From NCBI GenBank assembly GCA_964016885.1, contig OZ024756.1:24986001-25050000 (forward strand): 64,000 nt of DNA, in the 5' to 3' direction. Positions 11,850-23,700 of this stretch are shown here, piece after piece (positions within the stretch are counted from its first letter, which is position 1; every line of letters begins with the position of its first letter). The notes beneath the pieces are model-generated. The model searched no databases. It was not told where the DNA came from and saw only the letters and a program-made list of their open reading frames with translations. This DNA is from Eledone cirrhosa. Lineage: Eukaryota. A program made the translations under genes and the position numbers.

Positions 11850-12213
11850 TGTAGCGCTCTCTAGACAAAGGGAAGTAGCCAAAGTTACTTCCCGTGGAAT
11901 TTCTAGAATACTCCTTGAACTTCCGTTTCAGAGATTATAAAAGAAAGAACAAAGGACAATCTACCTGTTGGCTGCCTGGCTTTAAGGCCAGGCATGGTTA
12001 CGCCAAAGGTATACTCTCTTTCACCAACGGCTCTAGAACTGACCACACCAAGCACAGATGCTAAACTTTTTCTAATCCTCTCCTATACCTCAGGATTACA
12101 CCACATCATGGCATGAGACGTTTCACTACCAACATTGTAACAAGCTACTTCAATAAATGCAAATCGTTACCGATACACTTTTCTGAAGTATTCCTCATGT
12201 TTCAATTACTACA
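11850..12213 (+). mobile_element. Probable solo LTR
   Basis: TGTAG...CTACA termini, internal TATAAAAG (~11936) and AATAAA (~12152); target-site duplication imperfect (CAGTC/TTGTC). Confidence 0.45.
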
Positions 12214-12941
12214 TTGTCATTTCTTTTACATCTTCTAAACAAATTAAATTAGTGGTTGGCATGTAGTGGTATTTACTGGAGTAAATAACCCTATGGCCAA
12301 TTCACTAAACTGGTGAACCCGACGTGGGACGATATATTTCAACTAGTTAAAAAAAAATGGTTACCCATTTTCGTTGGAATGTGTCGACCAACATTTAGAA
12401 CACGCAGCAAACTTTATTAACAAACAAGGAAAAATACGCAGACACAGAAACGAACACACGTTCGGACAGACACACTCTTTTTCTCTCACCTAACGTGATA
12501 TTTTTTTTTTCGGACTAAGAAATCCCTCCGACCGCCTTAGGCATACACTGTCTTATAATGAATACATAAAAAAAAAAAAAAAAATTTTTTTTCTCAGCAA
12601 GCAAAATAAACAGAACATTTTGCCTTTCACGCATGTGTCGTATTTCACTGGATGTATATATACCACTAAGCCACGTGCCTCCACAGACAAGAAAACAACA
12701 AACAAAATAACAGAAGAATTTAATAATGCTTTTCCTGCTTTATTTAAAGATTTTAAAAATTTTTTATTTTCCCAGTAGCCATGGTACAAGCCCCTGGTAT
12801 ATTATTTGAGTGATATAAAGCAGAAGTAATTGGTTAAATATCAGAAAACATATTGAGGGTATCATATATAGATCATAGTCCAGATATCAATGGTGTTTTT
12901 CTTTTGTCCGTCTGTTAGGTCAGCAATGTTGTTGTAATTAA

Positions 12942-13296
12942 CCCTTTAGCATTTAAACCAGCCATATCCGGCCAGAATTCTCTCACCTCTTTCTGTTCAA
13001 ACCGGCTGCTTATACTTATGTTAACCATTTAGCATTTACAATAGTCTATATATACTATTGTATTTTCATGATATCGAATCTATAAGATTTTGATAGTTAT
13101 TTTGAGAACAATACCTTAATATAAGTATGAACGGCCGGTTAAGCCAGTTTGAACAGGAAAAGGTGAGAGAATTCTGGTCAGATAGGGTCGGTTTAAATAA
13201 ATAACATCAAAATATTGTAGCGTTGATATTATGTGAGGTAAAGCCTTTACCACAAAAATACAATAGTATATATAGAGTAATGTAAATGCTAAAGGG
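12942..13296. mobile_element. piggyBac-type MITE with a second copy inserted inverted at its internal TTAA (~13021)
   Basis: same termini as the 9111-10124 family. Confidence 0.78.
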
Positions 13297-14134
13297 TTGA
13301 GGTAATTCTCATCCTTTGAAGGTTGATAAATATAACTACCAGTTCAGTACTGGGACCAGTTCTTCCTCACTATTACTCTTTCTCTGGAAGAACTCGGCTG
13401 TGTTCAGAGTTGAAGAAGGGATGGGCTCTGCCAGGTTAAAAATACCCAAGACACACCATATGCCATTAGGGTGCCTCTACAACTCCATCAAGAGTTACAG
13501 GTCCAAACATACATATAATAAAGGTATTGGCAATGGCACAGAGTATTGATTGTCCGATTAAATTTAGCTTTATATATATATATATATATATATATATGTA
13601 AAAACATTAAGTATGTTTAAACATTATATTATATATACCAGTAATGCACTGGGTAATTGCTGGCCTTGTGCCTAAAGTAGAAACAATTATATTATATATA
13701 CACTTTTACTGGTTTCAGTCTAATGACTGCAGTCATGCTGGGGCACCACCTTGATTTAGTCTATTATATTACCCATCTCCCCGTACTCATTTCATCAATC
13801 TCTTTTTGCCATAATGCTAAGTTACAGCACAAAAACAAAGACATAAACATGGGACAATCACACACACACGTGTATGTGTCTATACATATATGACAGGCTT
13901 CTGTTTTTGCAATCTACTAAATTCCACTTGCTTGGCATTGGTTAACTCGAGGCCATAGTAGTGCCATCCTGCAAGATGGACCCTAGAACCACCTAAACAT
14001 ACATACGCACACACATACCTGTATACATACAGCATGTTAAAATGTTACATTATATATATATATATATATAAATTTTTTTTAATAAAATGAAAAAAAAAAA
14101 AAATGAAGATTTAAAAATATAATATACATCTATA

Positions 14135-14267
14135 TTAATCATCAGGTTTTAGAAATTGTTTCTGTTTGAATTTCTTGTAAGGGGTGTGACCAGAATCTGT
14201 TGTAAATATATCTTCATCATAACCATGTCTTTTCTTTATATTTCCTGAGCGAACAATATTCGTGAAT
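14135..14267 (-). CDS. MPHOSPH6: MPHOSPH6 exon 5 (RFTNIVRSG...FLKPDD*)
   Basis: CAG acceptor, C-terminal FLKP.D motif, TAA stop. Confidence 0.9.
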
Positions 14268-17200
14268 CTGTGGGAAGAGAAATAATTAGGAAGACAGACA
14301 TTAATGAAGATACTAACATACATTAGTTATGTATACCACCCAACCCCCAAATTAAGGTTTTGATATGAGCCGGGTACAGCATGGCCAACTGGCCAGACCC
14401 TCCTCATAATAGTGCCACTAAATTCCACACTGTAAACATGGTTGGCATCCAGCAGCCGCAAAAACCCAGCCCAAATATGAGCAAGGCATGGCACGGCCAA
14501 CTGGCCAGACCTCCCTCATAATGGGATCACCCCGATGCCAAGAACAGCGTAGCCATCTGGCCTGACGTGCCTTATTACAAGAGCCAGTAACACAGCTTCA
14601 CTACAAGCAAGGCCACCCAGCTCCCAAATGGTACCATCATGAGCAAGGTATGGTGCGTCCAACTGACCAGACTCGTCTCATGACATGGGCGACCCATCTA
14701 ATCCATGCAAGCATGGAAAAATAGATTTTAAACAGTGATGATGATGACTACTACTTATAGCTTATACTAACTCACATACCTGGCACTACCGCATATACCT
14801 TACAGTACCTATACTAACACACATTAGTACCACATGCTTCTTCACATAGCTTATACTAACACATATATCCGATACTACATACACCTGGCATTACTTCACA
14901 AATTAGTAAAAAATTAAAGCATTATTAAAAATAAGTTGCATAAAAATAAATCCCACCTGTTTGCCATCTCTTCATCTCCCACAGATGTTTCATCTTCTCT
15001 CTTGCCAGCTCGATCTAATTCATCAGTTTTCATTAATTTCTGTTAATGTTAAACAAGACAACTTTAAACAATGTCTGCTATACAATGATATTTTGTATTT
15101 CTGATATTGTGCAAAAAAGGAGGCTATCAGTCTTTAACTCAACTATACAGCCTCCTCTACCTCTATAAATAGGGTAAGAGGAGGATAATATGCAGGCTAT
15201 TACAAACACCACGTCTCAAATGAAGCTATGTCTCCTTTAGTGTTTTGGAAACCGATATCTATTAAAAACTAAAAAGGTTACAATTCCTCCTATCCAGAGA
15301 ACATAAGCCAGAGACTCTGGTATTGATGTTCGGGATCGAGGTAATGCAATGCACAATAGACCTAAGTGGATTGGTAGCAACATCTGTCAATAGTTCTTCT
15401 ATCCAGATGTCATAAACCAGAGACTGTAATATTGATGTTCAGGATCTAGGCAATGCAATGAGCAATAGATCTACATGGATTGGAAACCAGCATCTCTCAA
15501 AAGCCAAAGAGGTCACAAGCTCTCCTATCCAGATGTCATAAGCCAGAGACTGCGATATTGATGTTTGAGATCTAGGCACTACAATGTGTGACAGACATAT
15601 GTGGATTGGAAACCAACATTTGTGAAAAGTCAAAGAGTTGACAAGCATTGTGGATAAATAGAATTACCTTAATGTTAGTATACAATATATAACTAAAGCC
15701 ATCAATTGTGTAATCTTGAATGTAAATACAACTAGAACAAACCAAATCTATCCAAGAAATCAATCCATATACCGAGATATGATCTTGCTCATCTAACCAA
15801 TATCGCACAATGAAAATCTTTTTAAAATCACACAATCTTCTAACTCATGTCCCAACCACCTTACAAGGTATACTGGGTGCATTTTTCATGACACCAGCAC
15901 AAGATAGGTTGTCAGTTTTTAACTCAAATGAAGAGCCCTCTCAACTCTTTAATGCAGGGTTTTTATAGCAGATGACCTTCCTATTGTCAACCACCTTACA
16001 GTGAACTGGGTGCATTTTCAGGACACCAATACAAGAGAGGTTGTCAGTCTTTGACTCAAATATAGAGCCCGTTCTACCTCTATAAACAAGGGAAAAAGAG
16101 GATATGATAGGGTCTAAAATGTTACTTATGTTTACTGCCAACTGAAAATAACCATCATACAAAACATCTTTTCACACATTCTAGAATAAAAGAGAGTGGT
16201 GTAGGGCTAGAGGGCGGTGAATGGCTGGAGGAAAGGGTGGAGCGGAATACCCACCTCCAACCATTTTACTTACTTCAATTTCAGGATTGAATCCTAGGAA
16301 CGACATCCTTCCAAAAACCAGACCTTCGCAGGAAACATAGCTTGGATTCATTATAAAGGAGCTCCTGTCAAAAAATAAAACATCATCATCAAACATCCTC
16401 TTTCTCTGCTAGCAAGGGTTGGATGGGCCTTCATTGACCTAGTCTGAACTGAAATGGGGCCACTGACCTCCCAGACAGGAGGCAGGGCCTACATGTCATT
16501 ATGTATGACCCCCATACTCTACCAAGTGTATTTCATTGTGGCACTAGTGCTAGACAGGTTGTAGTGTCAGTGATACGAAGAAATGCACCCAGTCTATGCT
16601 GTAATCTGGTACAGTTGGTGCCATGATAAAATGTCTTAGACACAACTGAAGGGTCCTCTCAACATCAACAGAAGTCTTTGGCAGGTCAGAGAAATAAACA
16701 GAACGTTTCTAATTAAACTGAGCCATGTTATGGCAGTTTTTTCTACCTGGATGGTGTTCTTATTACCAACCACTTTACAGCATAGAGAGGGTATGTTTTG
16801 TCATGTCACCAGCACAATCAATTTACTGAATGTACTGGGTGTATTTTATAGCACCAACAATAGCACTTTATAGAGTGTACTGGATATGTTTTATGGTAGT
16901 AGCACAAGAAAGGTTGTGAATTTAGACTTAAGTGTCCTCTCCAATAAATCAATCCTACTGTACTATCAAGCCTCTACTGCCTTCTTGTCTAACTCACTAA
17001 CTCACCACCTGCCCATGTACCATGCAAATCCTATGCTATCCTTATCTCTCACCAGCTTCTTCGCCTACTTATTCCTGAGTTGTGGGGGCAGAGTCCTCAA
17101 ACACCCCTTCCGGTGGGTCCTGTCAGAAGCAACCGCCTCCAACTGATCCGGCTGGATCACCAAATGAGACCAGACAAGCTCCTAGATGTTATCCAACCAA

Positions 17201-20200
17201 CTTGCTCGGGGTCTACCCCTGAGTCTCCTGTCAGTTGGTTTTGCCCGTAAAATCTGTCCAGTGATTCTTTCTTGAGACATTCTAACCACATGCCCAATAC
17301 CAGCTGTCCAACCAATTCTCCCACCACAAGCAACTCCTCACTCCTCTGTCTGTATTCCCCTGCTCCCACGAACTGGTTTATGTATGATCTACAGTACCAG
17401 CAAGTCTGCCTGTGTTTTTGTCTGTCTCACCATAGACATACCATACCAAACCATGTGTCTTATACTTAGATGTTTACTAAACAAGTCCCCTCCTTCTATT
17501 TGTGTCTGCTTATGTCCCTCCAGCCCACTCCATCTGGGTCATATACTTACTCAGACTTTTCCTCCACTGGCCGATCAATGACCCAGTGCTCATCATCAAT
17601 GACTCTGTTGTTTTCATCTTCATTTTGTTCTTTCTCCAATCGAATCACAGTCCGCTGCATAAACTGTCGAAAAGTAAAGAAAAGAAAATATATGAAAAAA
17701 AGATGCAAAGACAAAAAAAAGCAACAAAAACCAAACCAAACCACAAAAAGAAAGCAACATTGCCATTAGATAAAAGAAACAATATTTTCTTATAGGAAAT
17801 ATTTGATTATCTTTAGAGACCAGCCAGTCTTTATTGTAGAATATAAACAATAGAATATATTATTAGGGCCTCGGATTATGCAATCTTTGTGCATCTCTCC
17901 CACACCTCCCAGGACAGGTTGGAGGCCCATCGCCAGTTTTTGCAACATCAAATAGAAACTGCAATATATTTTTCGAACATGCCCCTCTAAGTAAGGCTTG
18001 AACGTGTCCCTGGTCTTGCTTGGGGATTTCTGACAGGACCCACTGGAAGGAGAGTTTGAGAACTCTGACCCCACAACCCTCTCAGGCGAAGAAGAATATA
18101 TTATATAATTGATCGTAATGATGGCAATTAAGTCACCATAAAAAAATATTTACTTCATGTAAATATTTTTTATGGTGATAACATGCACATGTACACTCCG
18201 TAAAGCACATCGAGCCATAGAAACCATGCCAAAATAAAATGTGGTCGTGAAACCTGTCTAGGGGAAAAGTAACTCTAATTAGAACTGATTTGGACTATAA
18301 CGATCTGTCCAATCTATGCTAACGTGGTGTTGGACCTTCAATGGTTCTGACAAACAATGGAACAGCTTGTTTGTAAAATGCTTTTAATGGCTGAGTATTC
18401 CACAAGCATGCATAGCCTTCATGTAGTTCTCAGGGAGATTCAGTATTACACAGTGTATGGTAAGCCCTTTGAATTACAAGTAAAACTCATTTTTACAAGC
18501 TGCATGGACGGGAGCAATATGAAATGAAGTGTCCTGCTGAAGGACACACCACGCCACTAAGAATCGAATTACAACTGTACGATAGTGGGCTGAGCACCTT
18601 AACAACCGTGCCACGTATTTTCACGCTAGCAGAGAATCTAGATATATATGCTGATGATAATCAAAGGGTTTCTGGTAGATAGGTTCGTGTTAACATATTT
18701 ACTACAAGATAAATGTTGGTGGTGGTGGGTGGCGAATGGCGGAATAGTTAGAACGTCGGATAGAAATCTTTGTAGTATTTGTTCAAATCCTGCTGCAATC
18801 AACTTTGCCTTTCATCCTTTCATGGTCGAAATAAAACGTACTAGTCCAATGCTGTGAACGATTCTTCCTGTCTATCGCTCCCTCTCTACCTTTCTCTAGA
18901 AGAAATCGGCTGTGTTGATGCCTAGAGACGACATGAGCTCTTCTGGGTTTTGAAATGCCCAAGAAACGCCGTAGGTCACTACAATGCCCCATACGACTCA
19001 ATCGGGAGTTACGGATCCATACAACATACATATTTAGTTGTTATTATAACATTAACGCAGGGAGCCATAAAAAGATAGAAATAAATATGCAATGAAGCGG
19101 GGAAAACAAGAGCGGCAACAGCTGCCGATATCTAGATGATTGCAAATAAGACACATTTAAAAACTCTGGTGGGATGCAAGAAATTTAAGTATTTGTTCAT
19201 AATTATGTCCAGATTAAAAGAGGTGCCGGAAAATCGGCTGTTGCACCTGAACCTAATTTACCGGTTTATGTAGAATGATGGATAAAATTCGGCCCTTGCA
19301 GGTTCCTGAACATATAATAACCTGGTTTGATATTATTAAATACTATAATGCAGAGGCTCCATCGTCAATTCGAATACTACACTACTAACGCCTCATAAAA
19401 GAACTAGGAATTTGGTGAGGACATTGCTCAAACACCTGTGCAATAATATATTACATATTTCAAAGGAAAAATCGAAATAGAGTTGAGTGATTTTACTGAT
19501 TGGTTAGAAAACAAAAATTAAGAAACGATTATTTTTTTAAATAGTATAATGCATTTTTCTTTCTTTTTTTTTTAAATGAATGTTGATGGCCCCAATTTTA
19601 TCAACTTCGAAGGGTTAGTTTAGAAGCAAAGAGGCATCAGATAAAAACTTAGGAATGTGGCGAAAATGAGAACAACGATATTGGAATCGTTTGGTGATTT
19701 TGGTGCCACGTTTACAAGGATGTAAAATTATATAAGGATTTGTTTACAAGAAATGTGACAGTTAAAGAATTGTATAAGAAGCGGTGAACATTTAAACTCG
19801 ATATATATATGTATAACGAATATAAATTCATATAAGAATATAATCCGAACTAATATATTCCAAATTAGGGGTTAGACTATTCTGGAGAAGCAAAGGAAAT
19901 ATTGTAGCGGTTAAAGAAGTGTACAGGAAGCGTGAATATACAAACTTGATATATATGTATAAGGAATATTTATTTTATATAAACCTAACACTTTCAATTA
20001 GTCCACATCTTAAGATAACTGGATATCATTTTTTAATATGCACAAGAGGAAAAATGTATTTTATAGTTATATATATTATAAAGTATACGAGGGACCTCAT
20101 AATAAATAACAAATAAAGCAAAGAAAAATATTTGAAAGAAGTGATAAACAAACTAAAAGGACCCACACGATTTTGTAACAGACATGAGCGGAACAGAGAA

Positions 20201-20371
20201 CAAAAATAGCGGTTAATGAGTCATTCTAGCCACTACTGGACTAACAACAAAACAATAAGTACATAGAAATCACATTTAAAAAGATTATAGCTTTTAAAAT
20301 AAAACAAATCTAACCCTTAAACCGAGAACGGCTTTCGACAATTTAGCCGTCTTCATATCAGTAGCTGCCAT
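14135..20371 (-). CDS. MPHOSPH6: M-phase phosphoprotein 6 (MPP6, nuclear exosome cofactor), 5 coding exons, 158 aa
   Basis: complement join(20315-20371,17551-17663,16274-16364,14957-15039,14135-14267); all GT-AG, phases consistent. Translation MAATDMKTAKLSKAVLGLR-FMQR...DDEHWVID...GRMSFLGFNPEIEKLM...DEEMANR...FLKPDD matches recalled MPP6 motifs (LSK..L.MKFMQR, EHW, GRMSF.GFNPE.E, D.EMA.R, FLKP.D). Confidence 0.93.
14957..15039 (-). CDS. MPHOSPH6: MPHOSPH6 exon 4 (KLMKTDELDRAGKREDETSVGDEEMAN)
   Basis: CAG acceptor, GTGGGA donor, 83 nt, DEEMA.R motif. Confidence 0.9.
15285..15650. repeat. Degenerate ~120-bp tandem repeat, 3 copies, MPHOSPH6 intron 3
   Basis: CTATCCAGATGTCATAAGCCAGAGACT...ATTGATGTT...GATCTAGG recurs three times. 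Confidence 0.75.
16274..16364 (-). CDS. MPHOSPH6: MPHOSPH6 exon 3 (SSFIMNPSYVSCEGLVFGRMSFLGFNPEIE)
   Basis: CAG acceptor, GTAAGT donor, 91 nt, GRMSF.GFNPE motif. Confidence 0.93.
17551..17663 (-). CDS. MPHOSPH6: MPHOSPH6 exon 2 (FMQRTVIRLEKEQNEDENNRVIDDEHWVIDRPVEEKS)
   Basis: CAG acceptor, GTAAGT donor, 113 nt. Confidence 0.92.
20315..20371 (-). CDS. MPHOSPH6: MPHOSPH6 coding exon 1 (MAATDMKTAKLSKAVLGLR)
   Basis: ATG at 20371, donor GTTAGA, phase 0. Confidence 0.88.
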
Positions 20372-20698
20372 AACTGTTCATACACGTGCAACTATTACGA
20401 GACCGCTTCTCATGTTGATTTTTTACACCGACAACATTTGCGACAATTGTTTATTTCTCTTTCAGCTTTCAATACAGTATAGATTCCATATTCGTATGGA
20501 ACCTATACATTATTGATAATTAAATTTGTTTTTTCTGTTATCTTCGCCGTTTAAAAAAGGAAACAGATTAATTATTTCGCTGTCTTGTTTATCCATAGCG
20601 TAAGGTACCTTTCCAGTTCAATTAGGTCTTTAATTGCGCATGTGTTGCTGTTGTAGTTAAATCAACGTGCTTCTACATATACAGCTTAACATCCATCG
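20372..20698. promoter_or_regulatory. Putative bidirectional promoter/5'UTR region between divergent MPHOSPH6 and DHODH
   Basis: 327 bp between the two divergent ATGs; repeat-free; contains CACGTG, GCGCATG and ATCGAT motifs. Promoter function is inferred from geometry only. Confidence 0.7.
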
Positions 20699-20716
20699 AT
20701 GGTTTCCAATATTTTC
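20699..20716 (+). CDS. DHODH: DHODH coding exon 1 (MVSNIF)
   Basis: ATG followed by 5 codons and GTAAGT, phase 0 matching exon 2; vertebrate DHODH also has a very short first coding exon. Confidence 0.75.
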
Positions 20717-23700
20717 GTAAGTCACTTTAGTTTATGACAAAATATTTCATTTTCAAGAATTCGTTTCTGTTTTGATTGAGGCATTCTTAAATATATTGAT
20801 TTCTCCACAAGACATTTTACTCCCATTTACAATCTCACTTCATTGAATGTAAAATCATTGAGGAGAGACGAAAGAAAAACGAGTTATGTAATATAACTCA
20901 TTTCGCCGGAGTGTTGTGTTTTCGAAAATGTATAAGCTTCGGAATTCAAAATCAACTTTAGAGTGTGGTGAAGAGAGCAATATTTTATTCTGCTTCCTTG
21001 AAATTTCAAAATAACTAGAATTTCCGCTCTTTTTCTTTATCTCCGTAAATCATGTTTCACTTCCTTCACCCTTCACTCTCCCGATTTGTTTTCAACAAAT
21101 ATTTTTATTTCACCCCACAATTTCCTCATAAAAACCATACAATTTTAAAACCCAATTAACTGTCTTCTTACATTCATATCATCGGTGCTTGTTTATTTCA
21201 ATTGATTGCTCATATTTAATTGAGTTCTTTTTGTTGGAGGTCAAATTAGCAGACACCTCATTTGTATAGCTGTCTTTTTGTTATAGCGTTTCCAGCGGGA
21301 AAAATTGCTAAGATGAGATGGGTGTGTGTTGTGGTGTTGATTCGGTTGTTGTGTGTACTCGTGGATTGTCCAGTGGTGTGGTCACTATTGTGTAAAGTAT
21401 AGAGGAAGACCGATGTGACCAGAGGTTGCAGGTGTGGATGTGTGTAACAGTTTCATTACTGCCGAGGTTAACTGTGCCTTTCATCCTTACGGGGTCGATA
21501 AAATAAAGTACCAGTAATACACTGAGGTAATTGCTGGCCTTGTGCCAAAAAGTAGAAACAATTATTATGATGATGATTCCTTGGGTAAGCGATTTACCCT
21601 GATCACATAGGAAATACAATATATAAACACAAAAACACAAATCTGCTATGTTACTAATTTATTAAATATAACTTTTGTCGAAATTATATGATGATACATG
21701 AACAAATAACCCCAGTTGAATTGTGTGATGTTATGTATCAGATATGATGTGTATGCGTGGTTGCTTGCAAAGGTATTATTAAAAATGAATTTACCAAACT
21801 TCTCTTGATAGGTTGAATTTACAGAGTTAGTTGCTGAATGCAGCAGGTTGTCAACGGGGAAGGTGTCACAGCATACTGCACTCCAGATAAAAAAGCTTTT
21901 AGTGTGTTTAAAAAGTGAAAGTAAAATGTAAAATAATTATTTTTACTTTCTTTTTAGTGCACACATTTTTTTTTAATATCCTATATTCCTTCATCATCAT
22001 CATCATTTCATTTTACGTCCGCCTTTTCCCTGCTTGCAAGGGTGGGACGGGAACTGATTCTGCCTAGATTTCTACAGCTGGATGCCCTTCCTAACACCAA
22101 CCTCATTTACAGTGCGTGCTGGGTGCTTTTTTGCCGTGGCACCTCCGCGACCACTTTGCATTTCTACAGCTGAGTAAACTGGAGCAATGTGAAATAAAGT
22201 GTCTTGCTCAAGGAAACAACACATCACCCGGTCTGAGAATTGAACTCGCAACCTTTCGATTGCAAGGCCAATGCTCTAACCACTAAGCCATGTGCCTCCA
22301 TGTTCATTATCATCGTTTTTACCATCCAGTCAATGCCAGCAAGGAAGACACGTTAAATGTAGAGGACGGTCATGATAATCATGATATAGTTTTTCTTCTC
22401 ATTCTGTATTTTTCCAAAAAATTTCTTTGCTTTTTTTTTGCAGAAGCAACTTCGAGAAGTTGCTGTCATTATTAGTGGAGGAATGGTTTGTTTCTCTGGT
22501 ATCTCCATATATCAGGGAAATGAGAAGTTCTACAACCAATTTCTGATGCCAGCTGCCAAAATCCTCAGTCCTGAGACTGCACATAGACTGGGAGTTACCT
22601 TAGCAAAGTACCAGCTCTTTGGACGATCATCTGTAGCTGATCCTGCAATTTTGGTCAGTGTATTTATACTGCTGTTTTCTGTGTGTGTGTGTGCGGCTGA
22701 TTCTGCTATTGTGGTTTGTGTGTTTATACTGCTGTTCTGTGTGTGTGTAGATCATCCTGCTATTTTGGTTTGTGTGTGTATGTATTGCTGTGTGTATGTA
22801 TGTGTAGCTGCCCCCTACTGTTGTGGTTAGTATGTATCTATGCAGCTGGTCCTGCTGTTCTGGTTAATGTGTCTGCAGTTGATCTTGTTGCTTTGGTTAG
22901 TGTTTCTATACTACTACATGTGTGTGTATATATCTGCAACTGATTCAGGTCTGAATACAACTGATTTCTTCCAGAGAAAAAGATGGAGGAAGAAAATATT
23001 GGACTGGTACTGTTTTATTGACCTCGAAAGGATGAAAGGCAAAGTTGAGCTTTGTTTTCTTCTTGAGTTAGTCTAAAGTTGTTGATGTTCACCTGATTGA
23101 GATCAGTGATCAGTTTCCAGGGTGAGATTTGAATTAAGAGAACCCAGAGTCAGAACAAATGTAGCAAAATATTCTCTCTGATGTTCTATCCTCTCTGCAA
23201 AATTACTACATTAACTTCATATTGGTGGCAGTAAAATATACAAATATTACTACATTAACTTCATATTGGTGGCAGTAAAATATACAAATATTAATTTTCC
23301 ATGCTTGTTTTATGTAATTTCAGAACAGTAAAGTATGGGATCTTGAATTCCGTAACCCAGTGGGTGTGGCAGCTGGTTTTGATAAACATGGTGAGGCTGT
23401 TGATGGACTTCTGAGGGTTGGTTTTGGTTTTGTAGAAGTTGGCAGCATCACACCAAAACCCCAACCTGGCAATCCAAAGCCAAGAGTATTTCGATTAAGT
23501 GAAGATGGTGCTGTGATTAATAGGTATGTATTTGATTCTTTGACCTTCTTAATGACTATTCTTGCTCCCCTGTGTCTCCTCTTCGTTCTCATCTTGTTCT
23601 GTCTACTCCATCTTGTCTTTCATTCTTTCAAATCCATGTTGGCATTTTTGTGACTGTTTTTCTATTAAGTTGGAAATTATTAAGATAGGGGTGTAACATA

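Noticed and set aside
19200-19900. Non-repetitive, coding-looking stretch in MPHOSPH6 intron 1
   Set aside because: No ORF of 60 aa or more and no recognisable motif; cannot be supported.
23200-23293. Short exact tandem duplication upstream of DHODH exon 3
   Set aside because: Ordinary local duplication that leaves the acceptor intact; no further signal.
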